Shown here: piece by piece, positions 48,563 through 58,032 of the stretch | Layout: every line of letters starts with the position of its first letter | Position numbering within the stretch: the first letter of the stretch is position 1 | Source: Pseudomonadota bacterium | GTDB taxonomy: Bacteria; Pseudomonadota; Gammaproteobacteria; JAADHS01 | Length of the DNA: 64,000 nt | Assembly: GCA_021821045.1 (NCBI GenBank) | Contig: JAKACW010000015.1 | Coordinates: forward strand, 4,713-68,712 | Reading direction: 5' to 3' | Translations under genes and position numbers: made by a program | Notes under the pieces: generated by a model | The model's input: only the letters and a program-made list of their open reading frames with translations | Told to the model about the DNA's origin: nothing | Database searches by the model: none

Positions 48563-49489
48563 ATGCCGCACCGCAACAACAAGTACCATGTCCTGATCGT
48601 CGATGATGACGATGCTAATCTCGATCTACTCGACGTGTACTTAACCCACGCGGGGTACGCTGTGTCCCGCGCCCGCGACGGCGCTCAAGCCGCGATGCTG
48701 CTGAACAGTGGGAAGGACGCTTTTCACGCGGTCCTCACCGATCGCATCATGCCGCAAATGAACGGGATTGAGCTGCTCAAACACATCAAGGCGCAAGCTG
48801 GCCTGCGCGACGTTCCAGTGATCATGCAAACGGCCGCGTCGAGCGAGAAAGAGGTCCTTGAAGGCTTGTCCGCCGGCGCGTTTCACTACGTGACCAAACC
48901 TTTCAACATCAACTTGCTGCTGTCGGTCATCAAATCGGCGATCGAGGATTTCGACCGCTACCGCACGCTGCGTGAGCAGATGAAGCGCGCTTCGTTGGCG
49001 GCTACCCTTTTGAAAGAAGGATCGTTCACGTTTAATACCATCGAGGAAGCCAAGCATCTGGCGTCCTTTTTGTCGAACGCGTGCCCGCACCCTCACGCCG
49101 TCGTCATTGGCCTGTCCGAGTTGCTCATGAACGCGGTGGAGCACGGCAACCTTGGTTTCTCCTATGACGAGAAAAGTCGCTTGTTGGCTTCACAAGAGTG
49201 GGGACAGGCGTTGAGACAACGGCTCGCCGACGATCAGTACAAGAAAAAGCACGTTGTCGTCGATTTCACGCGAACAAAGGACGCGGTGCGCTTCGCGATT
49301 GCCGACGAGGGAAACGGCTTCGACTGGAAGCCCTACCTGCAGCTGGATCCGGCACGGGCGTTCGACGCTCACGGACGGGGCATCGCGATGGCCGCAATGT
49401 TGAGCTTTTCCGCCCTCGAGTACCGCGGCAAGGGCAACCAGGTCATCGCAACAGTGGCGCTGAACTCGCCTGGCGGCGCCGATCAATAG
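48563..49489 (+). CDS. Response-regulator receiver fused to a GHKL (RsbW/anti-sigma-type) ATPase/kinase domain
   Basis: The REC domain has DD...D...K. The C-terminal N-box is ELLMNAVEHGN, the G1 is DEGNGFD and the G2 is HGRGIAMA. Confidence 0.8.
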   Translation: MPHRNNKYHVLIVDDDDANLDLLDVYLTHAGYAVSRARDGAQAAMLLNSGKDAFHAVLTDRIMPQMNGIELLKHIKAQAGLRDVPVIMQTAASSEKEVLEGLSAGAFHYVTKPFNINLLLSVIKSAIEDFDRYRTLREQMKRASLAATLLKEGSFTFNTIEEAKHLASFLSNACPHPHAVVIGLSELLMNAVEHGNLGFSYDEKSRLLASQEWGQALRQRLADDQYKKKHVVVDFTRTKDAVRFAIADEGNGFDWKPYLQLDPARAFDAHGRGIAMAAMLSFSALEYRGKGNQVIATVALNSPGGADQ

Positions 49490-49564
49490 ACGCCTGCCGG
49501 TTCAATTCCCGCGTGGCTGATCCCGCGCCTTTTTGCTCGTTGGCATTTCTGCTATCGTAGCGCC

Positions 49565-50128
49565 ATGAACTTCTGCAGCAGTTGTGGCGCGGCCGTGATC
49601 TTGAAGGTGCCTGATGGGGATCATCTTCCGCGCTTCGTTTGCACGCGCTGCGAGACGATTCATTATCAAAATCCGAAAATCGTCGCCGGCTGCATCGTGG
49701 AGTGGCAGGAAAAGATCCTGCTGTGTCGCAGAGCCATTGAACCGCGTCACGGCACATGGACGCTTCCCGCCGGGTTCATGGAAAACGGCGAGACGACCAT
49801 GGAAGCAGCGGCGCGAGAAACACAGGAAGAGGCGTGTGCGCCCGTCGTGGATTTGAAATTGTACTGCATGTATAGCCTGCCCCATATCAACCAGGTCTAC
49901 ATCATGTTTCGCGGAAATTCACCGGCTGGCGAAGCGGCGGCGGGACCGGAAAGCCTGGAAGTCGCGTTTGTCGGCGAAAACGACATCCCTTGGGACGAGA
50001 TCGCCTTCCCCGTCATCAAGGAAACCCTCGAAGACTACGTGAAAGATCGTCGCCGAAAAGCTTTTCCCACCCATGTCGGCGACATCCTGCGCCTTCCAGA
50101 CAGGTCAATCAGGATTGTTCGGTATTAG
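49565..50128 (+). CDS. NUDIX hydrolase with an N-terminal zinc ribbon
   Basis: It has CSSCG...CTRCE and the Nudix box GFMENGETTMEAAARETQEEA. Confidence 0.8.
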   Translation: MNFCSSCGAAVILKVPDGDHLPRFVCTRCETIHYQNPKIVAGCIVEWQEKILLCRRAIEPRHGTWTLPAGFMENGETTMEAAARETQEEACAPVVDLKLYCMYSLPHINQVYIMFRGNSPAGEAAAGPESLEVAFVGENDIPWDEIAFPVIKETLEDYVKDRRRKAFPTHVGDILRLPDRSIRIVRY

Positions 50129-50336
50129 GGACATCTTCCTTGAATACGATGGTAAAGGACTCATCGCGCGGCTCGAAGAGGATTACCGCTTTCCCGTCAT
50201 CCAGTAGTCTTCTGACGTAGGCCGCTTTGCTCTCGAGACTGACATGCAGATCGCTAACCTCGATCTCGCGGGAAACGAACGCTTCAATCAATCCGCTCAG
50301 CGCGTCCTCGCTCAACTCAGTGTGCGGAATGATCAC
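50109..50336 (-). CDS. yheU: YheU family (UPF0270) protein
   Basis: MIIPHTELSEDALSGLIEAFVSRE matches the YheU N-terminus. Confidence 0.75.
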   Translation of the reverse strand: MIIPHTELSEDALSGLIEAFVSREIEVSDLHVSLESKAAYVRRLLDDGKAVILFEPRDESFTIVFKEDVPNTEQS

Positions 50337-50345
50337 GCGACTACC

Positions 50346-52994
50346 TCAACCATTCAGGAATCGGCTGACCATTTCATATAAGTCCTTGCTCAGATCGGGC
50401 GCTGCGGCCATTTCGCGAAGCTGCGCTTCCATTTTCGCCCGCCTCTGAGGCTCGAACTTACGCCATTGGGCGAACGAACTCACCAGTCGGGCGGACAACT
50501 GGGGATTGAGCCGGTCGATTTTCAGAATCCAACTCTTGACAAACGCATAGCCCGCCCCGTCAGGACGATGAAAGTTGACCGGGTTGTTGAAACAAAACGT
50601 ACCCAACAGCGCTCGGACGCGGTTGGGATTGGTCGGCTTGAATCGCGGATGGTCCGTAAGGGAGCGGACCGCATCGAGCGCGTCGCTCAAGCGCGATGCG
50701 GCCTGGACGGCAAACCACTTATCGAGCACGTTGGCATTGTCTTGCCAGGTTTCGTAAAACTCATTCAAAGCGTGAAAGCGTTCTTCGCATTCCAAATTGG
50801 CGAGGATAGCCAAGGCCGAAATCCGATCGGTCATGTTATCGGCGCGGCGATATTCGTCATAGACAAGCCGGACGTGGCGCGGGTCGGGCAGTTCCGTCAT
50901 AAACGCCAGACAAGCGTACTTGACCGCGCGCCGGCCGATGGCCAGCGGATCGATGGAATAAGGTTCATGCCGATTGTTGGCGTCAAAGACGGCCGTCAGC
51001 GTCTTCTCCAAACGCTCGGCGAGTTCCCGGCGCATCTGCCGCCAGGCATCGTGGATCAACTGCGGATCGATGGGCGAGGTAAACTCCGAAACGTAAATTT
51101 CATCCGGGATGCGCAGCAACTGGGCTTGAAAAAGACGATTAAGCTCCGTGCTCTGGAGATTTTTGGCGAAGCCCTCGACGTAAGCATCCGCCACGGTCGC
51201 CGCGGCGCCGCTGCGTTGAGCTTGGATCAAGCGCAGGAGTTCGTCGATAGCCAAGTGTTGACCCGCTTCCCAGCGATTGAATTCATCATCGTCATTGGCC
51301 CACAGGAAAAGCAAATCCTCGACCGGAGGCTTGGCGTTCAGCTTAACGGGCGCCGAGAACCCGCGCAGCAAGGACGGAATCGGCGCCGCAACGGGGTCCT
51401 TGAATTCAAAAACAAAAGTCTGCTCCGGCGCGACGAGCGTCAGCGTCTGTTCGTCGCGCCACGGACCGGCGTCGCCGTGTAAGCGCACGGGAAGGCGTTG
51501 CGCTGTCACTGGCGAAAAGAATGCGACCGCAACCGGGATGCAAAAGGGACTCTTTTGCGGCTGACCGGGTGTAGGCGGACAGCTTTGCCGCAAAGTCAGT
51601 CGATAGCGACGGGCACCCTCGTCGACAACGCCCTCAACGTCGACCGTCGGCGTGCCCGCCTGGCTGTACCAGAGCTTGAACTGGCTGAGGTCAAGGCCAC
51701 TGACCTCTTCCACCGCGGCGACAAAATCGTCGGTAGTCACCGCCTGACCGTCGAAACGCGAGAAGTAAAGATCGGTCGCTCTGCGAAATGTCTCCGCGCC
51801 GACCAAGGTGCGCAACATGCGCACCACTTCCGCGCCCTTGTTATAAATCGTCACGGTGTAGAAGTTGTTGATCTCGATGTAGCTCTCCGGCCGGACCGGG
51901 TGCGCGGCCGGGCCCGCGTCCTCGCGAAATTGTTGGGTCCGCAAAATATTCACGTCGTTTATCCGCTTAACGCCACGGGAGTGCAGATCGGAGGTGAACT
52001 CCTGATCGCGGAAGACAGTGAAGCCCTCTTTTAGGCTCAATTGAAACCAATCGCGGCAAGTCACCCTGTTGCCGGACCAGTTGTGAAAATATTCGTGGCC
52101 AATAATGCTCTCGATGGCTTGATAGTCCTGGTCAGTGGCGGTTGCCGCGCTGGCCAGAACGTACTTCGAGTTGAAAATATTGAGCCCCTTGTTTTCCATG
52201 GCGCCCATGTTGAAGTCGCCGACCGCCACGACCATATAGATGTCCAGATCGTATTCACGGCCGTAGGTATCCTCGTCCCAACGCATCGCCCGCTGCAACG
52301 AGGCCAGCGCGTGCAGACATTTGTCTTCGTCGCCGTGCTCGACGAACATTCGCAGGGAAACGCGGCGTCCCGAGACGGTGGTGTAGTCATCCTCTACGCA
52401 GGCGAAATCGCCGGCGACGAGCGCGAACAAGTAGCTCGGCTTGGGGAACGGGTCCTGCCAGCGAACCCAATGCGTATTGCCCGGCCCGTCGCCGCGGTCG
52501 ACAGGGTTGCCGTTCGACAGCAGTACAGGAAATTGAGTGCGATCGGCGATGATGGTGGTCTGGTAGCGGGACAGCACGTCCGGTCGATCGGGAAAATAGG
52601 TGATGCGGCGGAAGCCTTCCGCTTCGCATTGGGTGAAGAACTTGCCATTGGAAACATAGAGGCCCTGCAGCTCGGTATTCTTCGCGGGCTCGATCTGCGT
52701 GGTCACATCCAAAGTGAATTCTCGGGGAGGATCGACGAGGACCAAGTTCTCGTCGTCGAGCCGGTAGCGGCTTGCGGGCAATGGCGAACCATCGAGCGCG
52801 ACCGACTGAAGACTTATATCCCTGCCATACAAGGCAAACACCGCCGCGGCCGAAACGCCCTCACGCCGACGAACGCGCAGACAACTCTCAACTCGCGTGC
52901 AGTCAGGATCGAGATGAAAGGTTAAATCTATCGAATCAACGACATAATCTAGTGGCCGATAGTCTTTCAGGAACGTTGTGGCGGGTCGACCCAT
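50346..52994 (-). CDS. pepN: Aminopeptidase N
   Basis: It has the GAMEN motif and HEYFHNWSGNRVT...E (HExxH-18-E), at full length. Confidence 0.95.
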   Translation of the reverse strand: MGRPATTFLKDYRPLDYVVDSIDLTFHLDPDCTRVESCLRVRRREGVSAAAVFALYGRDISLQSVALDGSPLPASRYRLDDENLVLVDPPREFTLDVTTQIEPAKNTELQGLYVSNGKFFTQCEAEGFRRITYFPDRPDVLSRYQTTIIADRTQFPVLLSNGNPVDRGDGPGNTHWVRWQDPFPKPSYLFALVAGDFACVEDDYTTVSGRRVSLRMFVEHGDEDKCLHALASLQRAMRWDEDTYGREYDLDIYMVVAVGDFNMGAMENKGLNIFNSKYVLASAATATDQDYQAIESIIGHEYFHNWSGNRVTCRDWFQLSLKEGFTVFRDQEFTSDLHSRGVKRINDVNILRTQQFREDAGPAAHPVRPESYIEINNFYTVTIYNKGAEVVRMLRTLVGAETFRRATDLYFSRFDGQAVTTDDFVAAVEEVSGLDLSQFKLWYSQAGTPTVDVEGVVDEGARRYRLTLRQSCPPTPGQPQKSPFCIPVAVAFFSPVTAQRLPVRLHGDAGPWRDEQTLTLVAPEQTFVFEFKDPVAAPIPSLLRGFSAPVKLNAKPPVEDLLFLWANDDDEFNRWEAGQHLAIDELLRLIQAQRSGAAATVADAYVEGFAKNLQSTELNRLFQAQLLRIPDEIYVSEFTSPIDPQLIHDAWRQMRRELAERLEKTLTAVFDANNRHEPYSIDPLAIGRRAVKYACLAFMTELPDPRHVRLVYDEYRRADNMTDRISALAILANLECEERFHALNEFYETWQDNANVLDKWFAVQAASRLSDALDAVRSLTDHPRFKPTNPNRVRALLGTFCFNNPVNFHRPDGAGYAFVKSWILKIDRLNPQLSARLVSSFAQWRKFEPQRRAKMEAQLREMAAAPDLSKDLYEMVSRFLNG

Positions 52995-53170
52995 CTTAAA
53001 AGCTCCTTAGCCGTTCTCCGGATATTAAATTCTTCTCACGGGGGACGCTATCTACTGGTAGGTGGTTAGGCGAATTTGGCGCCGGTCTGTGACGCTACAC
53101 AAAAAATTACGTACACCACCTAACAGAAAAAAAACGAAGAGCCACCTACAATAAAAATGCAGGGGGAACC

Positions 53171-53806
53171 ATGGTCATAAAAGTGAACTTCCGCACTCAT
53201 CAGCAAAAGCTTTTGTTATCCGCGCAAGAAGCGGAACGGGCCGGCGAACTGCTCACAGCCATCGAATTATACAAAGGGTTCCATGCCGATGTAAGCGAAT
53301 CCTCTGTGTTCTACCCAGCCGAAATTTTCACGCGTCTGCCGTTGTTGCTGCTCGAAGTCGGCCGCGAGCACGACGGTTGGCAGTACTTTCATCGGTTCAT
53401 CCGCTTTGGCTGCCCAGGTCGTTCGCAACCGCTGGAACCGTCGGATAAATGGCTCGATCGCGCGGTGCTGTGCGACAAAGCCCGACTATTTCTACAACGT
53501 GCAGGACATTATGACCGCGCCGTTCTTTACGGTGTTCAGTTTTATATCGCCCGCTGTTTAGCGGTTTACCATTGCCGCAATCTGGGCCAGCTGGGTCCGA
53601 TGCGGTCACAACGGGCGATTTCTGGGTTGGTACGGCCGCTGCTGCGCAAAGCGCAAAAAGAGAACCTTGAACCGGCCATGGTCTCGGAGTTGAAGGACGC
53701 ACTGCGGCTTGGTCCGACTCTCGATATAAATCGCCTCATGGCGCGGCTCGCCATCATGATCGCAATTCAGAACGCCAAGAATCACCCGATTACCGCAGCC
53801 GTTTGA
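53171..53806 (+). CDS. Hypothetical protein (211 aa)
   Basis: The ATG at 53171 is behind AGGGGGAA. There is an AT-rich upstream region with repeated CCACCTA motifs. Confidence 0.5.
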   Translation: MVIKVNFRTHQQKLLLSAQEAERAGELLTAIELYKGFHADVSESSVFYPAEIFTRLPLLLLEVGREHDGWQYFHRFIRFGCPGRSQPLEPSDKWLDRAVLCDKARLFLQRAGHYDRAVLYGVQFYIARCLAVYHCRNLGQLGPMRSQRAISGLVRPLLRKAQKENLEPAMVSELKDALRLGPTLDINRLMARLAIMIAIQNAKNHPITAAV

Positions 53807-53918
53807 CCGAGCGACACTGACGAAGCTCCGACATCATTCCGCATGCCCGACTTGGCTCGAGCGCCAGGCAGCACTGGCTCGCTGTCGCCGCCGTTGGCAC
53901 CGCCTCTGCGTTGGCGAC

Positions 53919-54461
53919 TCAGCCCCCGAGCACCGACTTGGCACGCAGTAGGCCAATGATGGTTTTGGCATCTTGAATCCCACCGGCAAGCGCCTTCGCA
54001 ACCGCATCATCGAACGCAATCCAATGCACTTCCATGACCTCGCCGTGCTCGGGCGCTCGCTCTGCGTCTTCAAGGTCCTCGGCGAGGTACAGAAAAACCT
54101 CCTCACTGAATACCCCAGGCGAGGACACGATTCGACCTAAATCGCGAATCCGCCCGGCGCGCACGCCCGCCTCCTCGGCCAGCTCCCGTGCAACTGTTTC
54201 AAGCGGAGCTTCATTGTGATCCCGTTTGCCGGCAGGAAGCTCCCACAACCAGTCGTTTACCACGTAGCGATATTGCCGCAGCAGACAAACCTCCCGCGAC
54301 GAATTGATTGCAACGGCCGCCGCTCCACCGGGATGGTGGACCACTTCAAGGTGACACTCGCATCCGTTGGGCAGGACGACGTCGTCCTCCGTTACCCTGA
54401 TGATCCTGCCGGCAAAGCGTTCAATAGAATTTTTTAGCATGAAATCAAACCACCCTGTCAT
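53919..54461 (-). CDS. NUDIX hydrolase (ADP-ribose pyrophosphatase-like)
   Basis: It has the Nudix box GKRDHNEAPLETVARELAEEAG and overlaps the histidine kinase stop by 4 nt. Confidence 0.8.
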   Translation of the reverse strand: MTGWFDFMLKNSIERFAGRIIRVTEDDVVLPNGCECHLEVVHHPGGAAAVAINSSREVCLLRQYRYVVNDWLWELPAGKRDHNEAPLETVARELAEEAGVRAGRIRDLGRIVSSPGVFSEEVFLYLAEDLEDAERAPEHGEVMEVHWIAFDDAVAKALAGGIQDAKTIIGLLRAKSVLGG

Positions 54462-55813
54462 TGTCGCTGGGGGAGTTGAATTTGGAGTCGGGCGCCGCCC
54501 AAGGGACTTCGTTCGATATCAAGAGTGCCGCCATACACGTCCACGATATCTTGCACCACCGCCAGACCGATGCCCTGCCCCGGCATCTCCTCGCTACCCT
54601 TCGCCCCGCGCTGCAGGAGCCGCTCGACCGCGGCGCTGTCGATGCCCGGTCCGTCATCTTCGATGACAATCGCCAGCGCCGCAGATGCGGTGGGATCGGG
54701 CCGTACCGAAATCGCCACCCGGCGGCGCGCCCATTTGAACGCGTTATCGAGCAAATTGCCAAGCAGCTCCATCAAATCACCCTGCTCACCGTCGAAAACG
54801 CAATCCGCGGCAACGTCGATTTGGCACTCGATCATCTTCGCGGCATAAACTTTGGCCAAGCTGCCGACGATACGCTGCACCGTGGTCTGCACCGGAACGG
54901 ATGTTTTCAGGGTGAGCCGCCCGGACGTCGCCGCGCGCTGCAAGTGGTAATCCACGATCTGCTTCATGCGGTCAATATGCTCCCGCAGCTCCTCCTTGTG
55001 AGTGAAGCCCTCCGCTGACCCCTGTTCAACGGCGCCCTGAATCACCGCCAGCGGCGTTTTCAAGCTGTGAGCCAGATCGTCCAGCGCGTTTCGATAGCGC
55101 TCCAAGTGGGTGCGCTCGTTGGCGATGAATTCGTTGAGGCGCGCCGTGAGGCCGTTGAGTTCTTTCGGATACTTGCCCTCAATCGCTTGAGCCTTGCCTT
55201 GTTCCACTGCGCTGAGGCCGTCGACCAAGCGACGCAACGGCGACAACCCCCACCGCAATATCGTGCCCTGGACCGCCAACAGCAGAACGCTCCCAATCAA
55301 CAAACTTCCCCACAGGCTTTGCCGAAAGGCGGCGATCTGGTCATCAAAGGCGTTTAAACTCTCGGCGACACTGAACGTGAAGGCGCGCTCTTTGCCACCC
55401 ACCTCCCACGCCAGACCGAAATTGAACGTGTACACGGCCTGCCCGGCCGCCGTAGCCAGTTGGGCGAAACCGCTCTCTCCGCGCGATAGACCGAAGGGAT
55501 AGCCGATCGCCACGCCCAGTGAAGACTTGGATCGCCACGCACTGCTGCTGTCGTGGGCGCGCACTTCCGCATACAAGCCCGAACCGGGAGTGGAAAACCG
55601 CGCGTCGGGTAAGTCCTCGGGAATGTGCAAGTGGCCGTCATCACGCAGCTCGGAGGCCGCGATCAGCGCATACATGTAGGCCTCAAGCCGCTCGCGCAGC
55701 GCCGTTTGCGCACTGTCCCAATAGGCTTTGTCGAGCGTCCAGCCGGTCAGGCCGAGAAATGCCGCGAGCACGAAGGTAGCGGCGATGACGAGTCTGCTAT
55801 TAATTGACAGCAT
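54458..55813 (-). CDS. Two-component sensor histidine kinase (PhoQ/QseC-like)
   Basis: It has two TM helices flanking a periplasmic domain, an H-box (AHSLKTPLAVI) and a HATPase_c domain (DDGPGI, GQGIGLAVV). Confidence 0.85.
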   Translation of the reverse strand: MLSINSRLVIAATFVLAAFLGLTGWTLDKAYWDSAQTALRERLEAYMYALIAASELRDDGHLHIPEDLPDARFSTPGSGLYAEVRAHDSSSAWRSKSSLGVAIGYPFGLSRGESGFAQLATAAGQAVYTFNFGLAWEVGGKERAFTFSVAESLNAFDDQIAAFRQSLWGSLLIGSVLLLAVQGTILRWGLSPLRRLVDGLSAVEQGKAQAIEGKYPKELNGLTARLNEFIANERTHLERYRNALDDLAHSLKTPLAVIQGAVEQGSAEGFTHKEELREHIDRMKQIVDYHLQRAATSGRLTLKTSVPVQTTVQRIVGSLAKVYAAKMIECQIDVAADCVFDGEQGDLMELLGNLLDNAFKWARRRVAISVRPDPTASAALAIVIEDDGPGIDSAAVERLLQRGAKGSEEMPGQGIGLAVVQDIVDVYGGTLDIERSPLGGARLQIQLPQRQ

Positions 55814-55848
55814 CGGGCATCAACCAACCAAGCGTGGTCACGGCTGCG

Positions 55849-56520
55849 CTACTCCACCGTCAGTCGATAGCCGCGATTTCGCAACGTTGCAATGAAGCGC
55901 CCGGCGCCGAAGGCGTCCAATTTCTTGCGCAGCCGACCGACGAACACTTCGATGACGTTGCTATCGCGGTCTTGGTCTTCGGCGTAAATATGCTCCGTCA
56001 GATCCGACTTGGACACCACTTCGCCCGCGTGTAGCATGAGATATTCAAGTACCCGGTATTCATAGGCGGTGAGTTCCACCGGGTTGCCGGCCACTGTGAC
56101 GCGCTGCGACGATATGTCGAGTTGCAGCTCACCGCAGATGATGCGCGAATCGGATCGCCCCGCCGCCCGCCGCAACAGCGCTTTCGTGCGGGCAATCAGT
56201 TCTTCAATGTGAAACGGCTTGACGAGATAGTCGTCGGCGCCCGCTTCGAGCCCCTCGACCTTCTCCTGCCAGCGCGCCTTGGCGGTCAAGATGAGCACGG
56301 GAAAGGAACGCTGCTCCTTGCGCCACGCGGTAATCACCTCGATCCCCGATAGCTTGGGCAGCCCCAGATCAACAATGGCAAGATCGATCGGATATTCACG
56401 TCCGAAGTAGAGCGCTTCTTCGCCGTCGGCCGCGGCGTCGACGACATAGCCCTCGGCTTCGAATCGCTCCTTGAGTTGAAGCCGCAGCGTGGATTCGTCT
56501 TCAACGATTAAGACGCGCAT
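55849..56520 (-). CDS. OmpR-family response regulator
   Basis: It has a REC domain plus a winged-helix DNA-binding domain (RNRGYRL). Confidence 0.9.
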   Translation of the reverse strand: MRVLIVEDESTLRLQLKERFEAEGYVVDAAADGEEALYFGREYPIDLAIVDLGLPKLSGIEVITAWRKEQRSFPVLILTAKARWQEKVEGLEAGADDYLVKPFHIEELIARTKALLRRAAGRSDSRIICGELQLDISSQRVTVAGNPVELTAYEYRVLEYLMLHAGEVVSKSDLTEHIYAEDQDRDSNVIEVFVGRLRKKLDAFGAGRFIATLRNRGYRLTVE

Positions 56521-56783
56521 CAGTTCTCGATGCGGCCGGTTTCCGGGTCGACGAAAATAACTTTCACGGTTCCGTCTTCCGTCAGAAACTTAATCCGAAA
56601 CCGAACGCGACCCCCTTCTTCCGTCCTCTCGGCGACGAGCACTCTTCCCTCGGTCTCCTGCCTGACCTTGTTCACGGCTTCGTCGAGCGTAAGCGGCTGT
56701 TGCGCCATGGCGGCCGAGGAACACGCCGCCAGAATCGCGCCTGCAAGGCGACCAAATCTCGATTGTTGCGACCGCGTACTCAT
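56520..56783 (-). CDS. PepSY-domain small periplasmic protein
   Basis: It has a signal peptide and a PepSY-like fold (LTLDEAVNKVRQETEGRVLVAERTEEGG...). Its stop overlaps the response-regulator start (ATGA). Confidence 0.65.
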   Translation of the reverse strand: MSTRSQQSRFGRLAGAILAACSSAAMAQQPLTLDEAVNKVRQETEGRVLVAERTEEGGRVRFRIKFLTEDGTVKVIFVDPETGRIEN

Positions 56784-56921
56784 CGGAAGAAAATCCTCTT
56801 CTCATTGACCGGCAGACGGGTTTTACACTGCAAAATCATACGGGTTGGGACAGCGGGACGCCAGCGCGAATTCTCCCAGGGACACCGCGAGGATTCGCAC
56901 TGGCAGCTTAATCCACAAAAA

Positions 56922-57455
56922 TCAGTACGCCGGTTCGACTTTGACGCGCACCCGCAGTCGCGGCCCCGGATCATGGGACATTGTTCGCGTATACGTTCGT
57001 CCGTCGTAGCGATAGGTCACGCGGTAGCCGGTGATCCGCTCCTCTTCAGTGTAACGACGGTAAACCCGGCAATGCTCTTCGACGGCTTGGTGACGCCGCG
57101 GCTTGCTGTGGGAAATGTCATGCCCAATGGAGCCGCCGAGCAACGTGCCGGCCACCGTGGCCGCTTGCCTGCCGTGGCCTTTGCCGATTTGATTGCCGAT
57201 GACGCCGCCGATAATTCCGCCTGCGATAACACCGGTCATGCTGCCTTGGTGGCCGGTGTAACTGACCGTTTCATTCCAGCACTCCCGTTCGTCGATGGGC
57301 CGTCGCTCGACGGTGTAAATGGGCTGAGCCGACAGCACTTTGGCGTAGTCGTACTCGCCGTGATGGTCAGACCCTGCTTGGGCAACATTGGCCAGCGTCG
57401 CCAACGCTCCCAGAACCAACAACGTTCCAACGCGCCTTGTTGTCTGCGTTTTCAT
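56922..57455 (-). CDS. Glycine-zipper (2TM) outer-membrane lipoprotein-like protein
   Basis: It has a signal peptide and the zipper GVIAGGIIGGVIGNQIGKGHGRQAATVAGTLLGGSIG. Confidence 0.75.
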   Translation of the reverse strand: MKTQTTRRVGTLLVLGALATLANVAQAGSDHHGEYDYAKVLSAQPIYTVERRPIDERECWNETVSYTGHQGSMTGVIAGGIIGGVIGNQIGKGHGRQAATVAGTLLGGSIGHDISHSKPRRHQAVEEHCRVYRRYTEEERITGYRVTYRYDGRTYTRTMSHDPGPRLRVRVKVEPAY

Positions 57456-57523
57456 GGCCGCCTCCCGTTTGGTTGAGTTGCGCGGCGCCCACCTCAGACG
57501 CCGCGCGTCGGACTCGCTACTCG

Positions 57524-57853
57524 TTACAACGCCAAGATGAAGTCCACCAGCTTCTCGATGTCGGCGTCGGCGACACGCGGAGAGTAGGGGGGCATCGGCA
57601 CGCCACCCGTTACTTCATTCCAGTTGCCTTTGCCGCCGGCCTTCACTTTGCTGACCAACACATCCCGCGCGGCGGCATCGCCTTTGTATTTCGCCGCGAC
57701 GTCTTGCCACGCCGGTCCAACGACTTTTTTCTCCACGGCATGACAAGCCAGACAACCGCTTGCCTTGGCCAGGTCCAACCCCTCGGCGGCCACCGCGGAG
57801 CCGCTCATTACAACCGCAAGGCCTAAGCCCAACCCGAGTACTTTGTTTTTCAT
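57524..57853 (-). CDS. Class I c-type cytochrome (c551/c552-like)
   Basis: It has a signal peptide, a CLACH heme site and a distal Met region (GGVPMPP). The ATG at 57853 is behind GAGGAG. Confidence 0.8.
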   Translation of the reverse strand: MKNKVLGLGLGLAVVMSGSAVAAEGLDLAKASGCLACHAVEKKVVGPAWQDVAAKYKGDAAARDVLVSKVKAGGKGNWNEVTGGVPMPPYSPRVADADIEKLVDFILAL

Positions 57854-58032
57854 GGCGTTCTCCTCAATCATTTCGCCCAAATAGCCTGAGATCTTACGCA
57901 AATTTTCCGATCTCTTCGGAGCTGAGAATAAGGACGAGGAGCTGAACGTTGACTGAATTAAAAAACGCCGAACCGCGCCGAGGAATATCGGTGGCGCGGA
58001 TCGGCAAACGGACCGTATAAGATCCGGGCCGC

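Noticed and set aside
49495-49545. A tRNA-like string ccggttcaattccc after the REC-GHKL gene
   Set aside because: It resembles a T-loop (GGTTCGATTCC) but has no acceptor, anticodon or D arms around it. The flanking repeats are direct (cccgcg ... cccgcgcc) and not a cloverleaf.
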